From the NCBI GenBank assembly GCA_951406725.2, contig OX597819.1, positions 129,642,001 to 129,706,000 on the forward strand: 64,000 nt of DNA, given 5' to 3'. Position 1 is the stretch's first letter, and each line of letters starts with the position of its first letter. Both the position numbers and the translations under genes were made by a program. The notes beneath the pieces are model-generated. The model searched no databases. It was not told where the DNA came from and worked only from the letters and a program-made list of their open reading frames with translations. Origin of the DNA: Octopus vulgaris (Eukaryota). Positions 12,508 to 22,324 of the stretch are shown here, in pieces.

Positions 12508-12953
12508 AAGGCGGCGAGCTGGCAGAAACGTTAGCACGCCAGGCGAAATGAGTAGCCGTGTTTCGTCTGCCGTTACGTTCTGAGTTCAAATTCCGGGTTC
12601 AGTCCCACTGCGTGGCATCTTGGGCAAGTGTCTTCTGCTATAGCCCCGGGCCGACCAATGCTTTGTGAGTGGATTTGGTAGACGGAAACTGAAAGAAGCC
12701 TGTCGTATATATGTATATATATATATATGTGTGTGTTTGTGTGTCTGTGTTTGTCCCCCTAACATTGCTTGACAACCGATGCTGGCGTGTTTACGTCCCC
12801 GTCACTTAGCGGTTCGGCAAAAGAGACCGATAGAATAAGTACTGGGCTTACAAAGAATAAGTCCCGGGGTCGATTTGCTCGACTAAAGGCGGTGCTCCAG
12901 CATGGCCGCAGTCAAATGACTGAAACAAGTAAAAGAGTAAAAGAGTAAAGAGT
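12508..12953 (+). mobile_element. Chimeric SINE: family B head fused to family A body and tail
   Basis: ggcggcgagctggcagaaacg...gagttcaaattccg joined to ggttcagtcccactgcgtgg...gactgaaacaagtaaaagag; 12-bp TSD attccgagcgtt (12496-12507, 12954-12965). Confidence 0.85.
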
Positions 12954-13289
12954 ATTCCGAGCGTTTCTTCTGCATGCAGTTCTTAGAAATCCCGAGCAAG
13001 AAGGAAGAAGTTACAATAACAATTATATTTCGTCGCCCTTATTTTTTTTTTTCTTATATATAAATTCTTCCTCAACTGCTGGGCATTTATTTCAATTAGC
13101 GTCTTCCGTAGTGGGCGAGGCTAACCAGTGCAAGCTATAGTATTTACTTGGTTGAAATTCCGCTGCCAAGAGGTGTCTGCTCGTCTGAATGAAGCCACTT
13201 TGGCAACGGAACGTCTTTCTGTTTATTTATTCAGTAAAAGTAAATGGCCAACTGTAAAAACTGCCTTCAGTGTTTGTGTATGTGTGCGT

Positions 13290-13714
13290 GAGAGAGAGAG
13301 AGAGAGAGAGAGGGGGTGGTGGTAATTGTGGTGGTGGTGGCGGGAGGGGGGAAGAAGCAATGACAGCAGTAACAATAACAACTACAACAATAACAACAAC
13401 ACTATCACTAAAAGAAAGATTATAGTCATTATCAAGTGGTCCGCTAAATGTTAAAGCTACTAAACAAAATCTTAGCTGTTTGCTTGATATTTTAAACCAC
13501 CCGCCTCCATCTCTTTCTCTCTCTCTCCTCCATCCTCATCCCGTCTTCTTCTCCTTCTTCTTCTTCTTCTTCTTCTCCTTCTCCTTCTTCTTCTTCTTCT
13601 TCTTCTTCCTCGTTTTTCGTCGCCATCGCCGTTTCGCTGGTTCTGACGCCTTCCTCAAATAACAATTGATAGAATTACCTAACTCTTTCCCTTCCTACCA
13701 CGACCACCACGACC

Positions 13715-13754
<40 letters not shown>

Positions 13755-14000
13755 CCGCTGCCTCTACCGTGTACGTCTCAATTACCATAATCACCACTAC
13801 AACCACCAGAACTGGTACCACGAACTGCAATGCCCAAACTACCTCTGCTACTGGGACCATCAACCACGACGACGACGACCACTATTACCACTACTACCAC
13901 ACCCATCACCACCATCGTCGCCTCCGCTGTCATCGCCGCAACCACCACCACCACCACCGCTACCCACCACTATCACTGCCTTCATCACCAGCACCAGCAT
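13290..14000. repeat. Cluster of simple repeats: (GA)n, (CTT)n, (CTG)n, (CAC)n
   Basis: Directly visible; source of the poly-C/A/H/T/P ORFs in the track. Confidence 0.9.
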
Positions 14001-14001
14001 C

Positions 14002-14375
14002 GTGGAGGCGCAATGGCCCAGTGGTTAGGGCAGCGGACTCACGGTCGGAGGATCGCGGTTTCGATTCCCAGACCGGGCGTTGTGTGTGTTTATTGAGCGA
14101 AAACACCTAAAAGCTCAACGAGGCTCCGGCAGGGGGTGGGAGGCGGCGACCCCTGTTGTACTCTTTCGCCCCAACTTTCTCTCACTCTTTCTTCCTGTTT
14201 CTCGTCCCCGACTTCCTACGCAACCGCTGAGCCTGGATGCTCATTCATCCATCCGTCGATGCTCTCGGTGTCGGGGGTTGATCTGCTTTCTCTTCTGCGG
14301 GTCTTACGAATAGCAAAGGACCACGTTTCGGACTTCTCCCATCTTGCGAGCTCTGGGACGAAGACCGCTTCGCTC
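14002..14375 (+). mobile_element. tRNA-derived SINE family C with an alternative 3' tail
   Basis: gtggaggcgcaatggcccagtggttagggcagcggactc...ggtttcgattccc head, same body as 6202-6509, different tail ending in CAA/CAG repeats. Confidence 0.8.
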
Positions 14376-14693
14376 AACAGCAACAGCAGCATCAGCACCA
14401 CCACAACAACCACGAACCCCTTCCCCCCACAAGTATTTTCTCGAGTTGACAAGTGAGTGAACTTAGTAAAACGAGAAACTGTGCGGAAGCCCGCCACACA
14501 CAAACATATAATCTGAATGGGTGCGTCACCATTTGATAGCCGATGTAGGTTTGTTTACACCTCTGCAGTTGAGCTAAAGAAAGACCGATAGCATACTTCA
14601 AATAAATACAGAGGTCGATTTAATCAACTTTAAAATAAAATCCCTTCCAAGGTGGTGCTCCAGCATGGCTGCAATCTAATAACTGAAATACTA

Positions 14694-14855
14694 GGCGCAG
14701 GAGTGGCTGTGTGGTAAGTAGCTTGCTTACCAACCACATGGTTCCGAGCTCAGTCCCACTGCGTGGTACCTTGGGCAAGTGTCTTCTACTATAGCCTCGG
14801 GCCGTCCAAAGCCTTGAGAGTGGATTTGGTAGACGGAAACTGAAAGAAGCCCGTC

Positions 14856-14915
<60 letters not shown>

Positions 14916-15096
14916 ATATGTTTGTGTGTGTGTTTGTCCTCCCAGCATCGCTTGAAAACCGATGCTGGTGTGTTTACGTCCCCGTAACTTACTAGGCTTA
15001 CAAAGAATAAGTCCTGGGGTCAATTTGCACGACTAAAGGCGGTGCTCCAGCATTGCCGCAGTTAAATGACTGAAACAAGTAAAAGTGTAAAAAGAG
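14694..15096 (+). mobile_element. tRNA-derived SINE family A
   Basis: ggcgcaggagtggctgtgtggtaag head, internal (TA)n(TG)n, tail ggtgctccagca...gactgaaacaagtaaaag. Confidence 0.9.
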
Positions 15097-16015
15097 GGAG
15101 TAATATATGAAATAAACCACAAACCAAAGATAAAAGTTTATAAATAAGAGGTCGCTCGACCTGCTAGAAACAGCAGTTGAATCTCCTTAATATCCTCGTC
15201 TTAGAAAAAGCTACATTGAATAATGTAGCCCTGAGTTCCCAGCACGAAGGAAAAAGACGGGTTGGTCACCGCTGGACTGCCTGTGATTAACGCTGCCACC
15301 ACTGTCAACATGTTGATTCATCATCATCATTATCGTCTTCATTGATCGTCATCATCATATTGTTGTCGTTGTCCACTTTTTCGTTCTCCTCCACCTCTTG
15401 CCCTTCCTCCTCCTCCTACTTCGCCTCGTCGTCGTCATCATCATCATAATAACCCCACCACCACCACCACCACAACAACAACAACAACAACAACAACTAT
15501 CAACAGCAATCACAAAGAAAAAACATCATTGACACTTGCCCTACCCATTTAAATCACCCCTTCTTATATTCTAGCTCAAGTACGGAAACTGAAGAACTTT
15601 GGGTTTGTTCCAAAGTCTGTCAGCTTTAGCCTAACAACAACAAAAACAAAACAGGAGAGAGGAAAGGAGGAAGAGAGAAAGAGAAAGTGAGAGAAAAAAA
15701 GAAAGAAAACGAAAGAGGCGAGACTAGCAATGTAAAGACGGAAGAAAAGCGTCTTTATATTGCGCGAGGGAGCAAAGTTTTGGTAACAGACCTGACTGTT
15801 TACACCAAGTACACTTAATAAACTCAACAAATAGTTCCTACCGATACCAGACACACCCACAGCCGCCGATTCTTTTTCGCTAAGTTTGTTTGTGTGCTTG
15901 TGTGTGTTTGCGTGTGTTCGTGTGTGTGTATGTGCGCGCGTGTATACACATACACACATAGAAAAAGAGATAGATAAGCAAATATGTAACTACGTAGCTA
16001 TTTATACATATATAT

Positions 16016-16211
16016 AAAAAAAAATACAAAATGGGACAAGAACGCAAAACATCCGAAATTGCGAGGATGATCCGGTTCTTGACTGAAGATTAAAGGCTTC
16101 GAATGACCCGTCCGTGTTTTTTGTATCGTCTTCTAGATGTTTTGCGTTCTTGTCCCATTTTGTATTTTTTTAATATATATATAGCGGCATACGTACACTT
16201 TGTTCTCTTAT
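16016..16211. mobile_element. (TA)n-embedded fold-back element
   Basis: Arms 16016-16053 / 16136-16171 and constant tip agcggcatacgtacactttgttctct; longer relative at 62594-62888. Confidence 0.65.
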
Positions 16212-16417
16212 ATATATAATTAGGATAAAGTCATTAATTAATGATTTTTCAGTGGCCAGTGTACAAAAAGCCATGTAGATTAAATTAATACTCAAAGTAT
16301 AATTATAAATATATGATTATAAATAAGGGCGCTAGAGGGGCAGCACCTGCACGCCAGAAAACGTTTGTGGAGTGAATAAATATATATATGATAAAGTCAT
16401 TTATATATATATATAAA

Positions 16418-16625
16418 TGTGACCGCGTGTGTACCGTTGGCGATTTTTTTCCCTCTGTCTTCCCTTCTCTGGATCTTTCCTTCTCCTATGTTTCCGACGA
16501 AGAGCTCCGCTCGAAACATTAAATCCTCCTTCTTTCCTTCTTTCCTGAGCGTCCAATAATACTATCTTTGTTCCACGTCCTTGCGTTGTTGTGTTTTTTG
16601 TGCTTTCTTATTTGGATTAAATTTA
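16418..16625 (+). mobile_element. (TA)n-embedded element with a decayed hammerhead (core CCGACGA)
   Basis: Homologous to 45577-45785 (- strand) and 47370-47474. Confidence 0.65.
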
Positions 16626-16727
16626 TATATATATATATTTAGATTCAAATGAATATAGTATTTAAGTTAGATGAACCAGAATTTTGTATGATGTTATCCA
16701 TATGTAACAACGGAAAACCTCTATTAA

Positions 16728-16811
16728 TGGCTGATGAGTGCTCAGCATTTTAAAACTGTTGTAATACTTACAATATTTAATAAAATGATGTAGTGCGAAA
16801 CGATCGTACCA
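16728..16811 (+). ncRNA. Candidate type-I hammerhead ribozyme
   Basis: tgg-CTGATGA-gtgct...agtgc-GAAA-cgatcg-TA-cca: canonical core, palindromic helix III (ACGATCGT), GUA site, 3-bp helix I. Confidence 0.65.
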
Positions 16812-16860
16812 AATTACCGAAGTTATTCTTGTTGCTTATTTTGATTATATATATATATAT

Positions 16861-17022
16861 ACGACGGGTTTCTTTCAGTTTCCGTCTACCAAATCCACCC
16901 ACAAGGCTTTGGTCGGCCCTAGGCTATAGTAAAAGACGCTTGCCTAAGGTGCAACGCAGTGGGACTGAACCCGGTACTATGTGGTTGGTAAACAAGCTAC
17001 TTACCACACAGCCACTCCTGCG

Positions 17023-17024
<2 letters not shown>
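16861..17024 (-). mobile_element. SINE family A, 5' half
   Basis: Reverse complement of the family A head up to the internal (TA)n. Confidence 0.85.
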
Positions 17025-17093
<69 letters not shown>

Positions 17094-17098
<5 letters not shown>

Positions 17099-17497
17099 TT
17101 ATTAGAGACAAAACCACTATTTTGCAAAACAAACAAGGAAAGACTTAATCAATACATAAAATTTTAATAAATAGTCAAAAAAACCGCCACTACAATCGTT
17201 TCTTGTCTTGATCGACAATCTTCAGGTGGACTTCAATAAGTCAGTTTCAAATTATAATTTGAAACTGACTTATTGAAGTCCACCTGAAGATTGTCGATCA
17301 AGACAAGAAACGATTGTAGTGGCGGTTTTTTGACTATTTATTAAAATTTTATGTATTGATTAAGTCTTTCCTTGTTTGTTTTGCAAAATAGTGGTTTTGT
17401 CTCTAATAATATTTTATAATATTTTACTATAAAATTGGATTTAATCCTAAATCTGATTTTTTTCCCTGTAAATTTGGATTTATTCCCTAATATTTAT

Positions 17498-17500
<3 letters not shown>
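17094..17500. mobile_element. (TA)n-embedded fold-back element with a 321-bp loop-less palindrome
   Basis: Arms 17094-17254 / 17255-17414 differ only by one base in an A/T run; one-sided extension to 17500. Confidence 0.75.
17280..17322 (+). ncRNA. Candidate minimal type-I hammerhead ribozyme (mirror copy at 17187-17229, - strand)
   Basis: ccac-CTGAAGA-ttgtc(gatcaa)gacaa-GAAA-c(gatt)g-TA-gtgg: all three helices pair and the core is canonical. Confidence 0.75.
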
Positions 17501-17549
<49 letters not shown>

Positions 17550-17800
17550 TCAGGGTGAGTACTTGATAATTGTAAGCACCTGTATATACCGTTTGGTGGT
17601 GTAGGTGTGAGAGAAGGACGAGATGGACGCTTCATTTTTGTGCTGTTGCCGCATTATGTCGTACGCGAATGAGAGGATTTGCATCCCCAACGTAGAATTT
17701 TTGATGTAATACATGTCCTTGAGGTAGTAATTATGCGCGGCTGAAGAAGGCCATAGACACACATTATGCATTGTTATAAATCCGTCTAATAAAGGCCCGT

Positions 17801-17845
<45 letters not shown>

Positions 17846-17918
17846 ATACATATATGCATATATACATAAATACATACATACACACACACATACATACATA
17901 CATACATACATACATACA

Positions 17919-17950
<32 letters not shown>

Positions 17951-17951
17951 C

Positions 17952-18015
<64 letters not shown>

Positions 18016-18019
<4 letters not shown>

Positions 18020-18615
18020 GTACTTGTATATAATGTATGATGAATTTGTGGAATGATGTTCCATAAATTCCATCAATTTCGTTAAGAATGGAAGAAACAA
18101 ATTGTTAAAATTTATAAGAAGTTTAATTTTTGCAGACGATCGTTTCGTACAGAGGTATATTAATATGAATTCACGACTGAATTAAATTAAACAAATATCA
18201 ACGTACTCTTCAGTGCAGGAAGGAAAGAAACCATAATACAAAGAACTTAAAAAGGAAGAGAGCAGAAAAATTGGATCTAGCAGAGTCATATTTGTATCCC
18301 GTGAGAAAGAGATGGGAGTCATGTCGGATATTTAACCATAATGAGTTCGTATTATATCTGTGTACGAAACGATCGTCTGCAAGAATTAAACTTCTTATAA
18401 ATTCTAACAACTTGTTTCCTCCATTTTTAACTAATTTGATGGGATTTATGGAACTTCATTCCATAAATTCATCGTACTTTATATACAAGTACTACTTTCA
18501 TATCTTCGCAAATTTACACCTGTAAACTACCATCTAAGTATGAAGAATCAACTTTAAAAATCTTTTTTGGTAACCTCTAATTAAAAGACGAATCCACATT
18601 CAACCTTTATACACC
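18016..18615. mobile_element. (TA)n-embedded fold-back element with diverged arms
   Basis: Imperfect inverted arms about 18016-18160 / 18345-18495, extension to about 18615. Confidence 0.65.
18131..18217 (-). ncRNA. Candidate type-I hammerhead ribozyme with a long loop II
   Basis: - strand: tgca-CTGAAGA-gtac...gtac-GAAA-cgatcg-TC-tgca; canonical core and GUC site. Confidence 0.72.
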
Positions 18616-18672
18616 TATATATATATATATTTTCTATTTTTCTATTTTCTCTCCCTGTTTATTTCTGTGTTC

Positions 18673-18708
18673 CTTTCTGCTGAAGAGCGTAGGCTCGAAA
18701 CGTAAAAG
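18673..18708 (+). ncRNA. Hammerhead-like motif with variant core CUGCUGA
   Basis: cttt-CTGCTGA-a-gagc(gtag)gctc-GAAA-cg-TA-aaag inside a TA-flanked element (about 18630-18800). Confidence 0.5.
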
Positions 18709-19194
18709 AATTTCTTACTTCCCGAGCGTTAAACTAATACATCTGTTAGTTGTTTACACAACCATCTTCGTCTTTTGTTTGTTTTGTAAATTCTCACTAC
18801 ACACACACACACACACACACGCATATATATGTATGAGCTTTTATGAGTTCACCAGTAGATATCTGCTATATAAAAATACAAAAATGTGTGTGTGTACATA
18901 TATGTATGTATATCATTATTCAGTTTTATTTCAAGATTACTAGCCTATAGAAAAAACAGTCGGTTTCTAAGCTAGATCCAAGGCTTGATCACTTGAATTT
19001 CAACAATATCACACCCTGTTGATATGTCTGTGTGTCTGTGTGTATGTGTGCAGTATTCGGAGTCAATGCACGTGCAGATTTGTGTCTTGTTTTACGTATA
19101 TAGTCTCATGCATATATCTACACATCTAGACAGGCGCATATATACCTAAATGGTGAACTGGAAAGTTTTACAAATTTTTACAGTTCCAGTGACG

Positions 19195-19246
19195 GTATGT
19201 ATGCATGCATGTATGTATGAATGTACTATGCATGCATGTATGTATG

Positions 19247-19280
<34 letters not shown>

Positions 19281-19524
19281 TGTATGTATGTATGTATGTA
19301 TGTATGTATGTATGTATGTATGCATGTATGCATGTATGCATGCATGTATGTATGTATGTACGTACGTACGTATGTATTAATGTATGCATGTATGTATGTA
19401 TGATTGTATGTATGAATGTATGTATGTATGAATGTATGTATGTATGTATGAATGTATGTATGTATGTATTTATTTATTTATGCATGTATGTATGTATGTA
19501 TGTATGTATGTATGTATGTATGTA

Positions 19525-19559
<35 letters not shown>

Positions 19560-19824
19560 ATGTATGTATTTATTTATGTATGTATGTATGTATTTATTTA
19601 TGTATGTATGTATGCATGTATGCATGTATGTATGTATGTATGTATGTATGTATGTATGTATTTATTTATGTATGTATGCATATATGTATGTACGTATGCA
19701 TGCATGTATGTATGCATGTGTGTATGTATGTATGTATGTACGTACGTACGTATGTATGTATGTATGCATGCATGCATGTATGCATGTATGTATGTATTTA
19801 TTTATGCATGTATGTATGTATATA

Positions 19825-19871
<47 letters not shown>

Positions 19872-19992
19872 ATGTGTGCATGTGTGTATGTGCGTATGTA
19901 TGTATATGTGTATGTATGTATGTGTGTATGTATGTATGTATGTATGCATGTATGTATGTATTTATTTATGCATGTATGTATGCATATATGTA

Positions 19993-20025
<33 letters not shown>

Positions 20026-20195
20026 ATGTATGCATGCATGTATGTATGTGCGTATGTATGTATATGTGTATGTATGTATGTATGTATGTATGCATGCATG
20101 TATGTATGTGCGTATGTATGTATATGTGTATGTATGTATGTATGTATGTATGTATGTATGTATGTATGTATGTATGTATGTATGTATGCATGCAT
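19195..20195. repeat. Compound (ATGT)n microsatellite, about 1 kb
   Basis: Directly visible; explains the 346, 324 and 261 aa MYVC ORFs. Confidence 0.95.
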
Positions 20196-20512
20196 ATCGT
20201 CTCAGCGACAACGTCATCATGTCGCACTGGGAAGTAGAATCTTGACGTTTCTCTTCAGCTGCTTATTGCATGTGAGATGCCTTCCACGGAAATCTGTCAT
20301 AATCGACATTTTCGGTTGCATCTTGCGGGTTTCAATCGCTTCACTGTCTCTTTCGTTTTATAAAGTACATAGCAGCAATCGCCCACTCTTCGTTTGCAAG
20401 CGATAACATTTGAAGTGTGATCTGATATATATTGGTCACAAACCCAAGAAAGGTTGCATTTCATGTTGATTTTAGTGTCATTTTCAAATCGGAAACGAAC
20501 CCACACAGTCCT

Positions 20513-20545
<33 letters not shown>

Positions 20546-20548
<3 letters not shown>

Positions 20549-20715
20549 TTTTATTCGTTTCAGTCATTTGACTGCGGCCATGCTGGAGCACCTCCTTAAA
20601 TCGAGCAAATCGACCCCAGGACGTATTCTTTGTAAGCCTAGTACTTATTCTATTGGTCACTTTTTGCCGAACCGCTAAGTTACAGGGACGTAAACACACC
20701 AGCATCGGTTGTCAA
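20546..20715 (-). mobile_element. SINE family A, 3' half
   Basis: tttcagtcatttgactgcggccatgctggagcacc...gtaaacacaccagcatcggttgtcaa. Confidence 0.8.
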
Positions 20716-20746
20716 ACACAGACACAGACACACACACACGCACACA

Positions 20747-20817
<71 letters not shown>

Positions 20818-22324
20818 AGCGTGTCACGTCCAGAATATATTAGTCCAGCTGGCTGGGCGTTGTATGAGAGGTCATCAAGAAGAACGTACTTTCTGAGGCA
20901 CAGATTGTCGATACGTAGGGTGTTCTCTTCATTTTCAGCTCTAGGTTTACATATATATATATATATATATATATTGCTGCTGTTGTTTAACAGGTGCTGT
21001 CTGAGAGATACTATACGACATTTGAAAAATATCTGTTCTGGCCTCAAGCCTCAACCTCCTTTATCTCTTCTTAGGTAGAGTTTTACGATATCACTGCTTC
21101 TGTGGAACTTTCCAGTTCATATCAGGATCTTGCGGATTTTAAGACGTACAGAGGCGAGTTCCTCTCCAAGTCAGTCAATTGACCACTCGTTTTGTCACAA
21201 ATATAAATCAGCTATTCACAATACACAGATTCGCCAATTTACACGTGTTTTATTTTAGTTCCTTCAACGGTCAAGACTGACAGCGTGTTCATACACGTAT
21301 GCGCAGGCTTGGGCAAGATTTTTTTTTTTAGGAAGAATGGCAATTATTCCTGTATATAACCTACTCTCTCTACGTCTTGATGTTTAACTAAGGGGGAAAA
21401 ATAAACTTCCGTTATGACGGCATAGCTTGGCACCAATGTTAGAATGCAAAGCGACGGAAGAGATGCCGTAAAGTATTGTGCTCGGAGTTCTTACAGTTTC
21501 TAGAATCCATTGGCCTGGATTGCATTTTCCTTTGTTTACCCTGAAAGGATGAAAGATAAATTTGACCTCGGCAGTATTCGAACTCAGAATGCGGTGAGTC
21601 GGAACAAGTATCACAAGGCATTCTACCCAACGCTCTAACGACTCGGCCAATCCGCCTACTTGTACACCTACATTACCAATTAAATATAGAGAGAGCAATT
21701 TTATGTTCAATACATGGTGTGCCACTTTCGCCTTCAATTGCTAATCTTCAACCATTAACATGGATAAGAAAATATCTCCGATTATTTTTTAACGCTTAGT
21801 TATGGATGGAAGGGCAGCCTCCATGGCCCTATTTTTTTTCTTTCAGGGCCTCCGGGACTGGTAGGATGAAGAGAAGCCATTATTTTCAGAGACCAGCCTC
21901 GAATTTTTGCGACTGAGTGAGCTCTGCCAGAGTCTTCCAAAGGCCATGTGGTGAGGTTAAACTGGGAGACGGATTAAGACTATCAAACAAGAACTGAAAA
22001 CGTAAAAACCTAGAACAAATGTTATCAGGTACCTCCGTCGGTGCTCTACCAATTTTTTTCAATCATCACTTTGGATTTGTACGAAGAGATGAAAGATAAA
22101 GGTGATTTCGGAGGGATTTCAACTCCGAACAATTTCAACTCAGAGCGCAAGATTCAGAACAAATAACACTCTAATGATTCAACCGATTCACAAGACTTGA
22201 GTAGCTAAGCTTATCTGATCTAACATGATAATTAGGAACATCAGAATACGGTTCGACACGAAATTATCAAACATAAAGCTAAAATAATTACCGAGGTAAG
22301 ACAGTGATACATAATCCCCCAAAT

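Noticed and set aside
14002-14078. tRNA gene
   Set aside because: A and B boxes are present but it continues into a SINE body found in several copies; it is a SINE head.
13666-14110. Poly-Cys/His/Pro/Thr ORFs
   Set aside because: Trinucleotide microsatellite cluster running into a SINE; no supporting splice structure.
18955-19000. Possible G3-C8 hammerhead variant on the - strand (gtgatca...gaaaccgac)
   Set aside because: Helix I and the NUH site do not form; could be chance.
19150-20406. Long ORFs of 261-346 aa
   Set aside because: Translations of an (ATGT)n microsatellite, which lacks stop codons in several frames.
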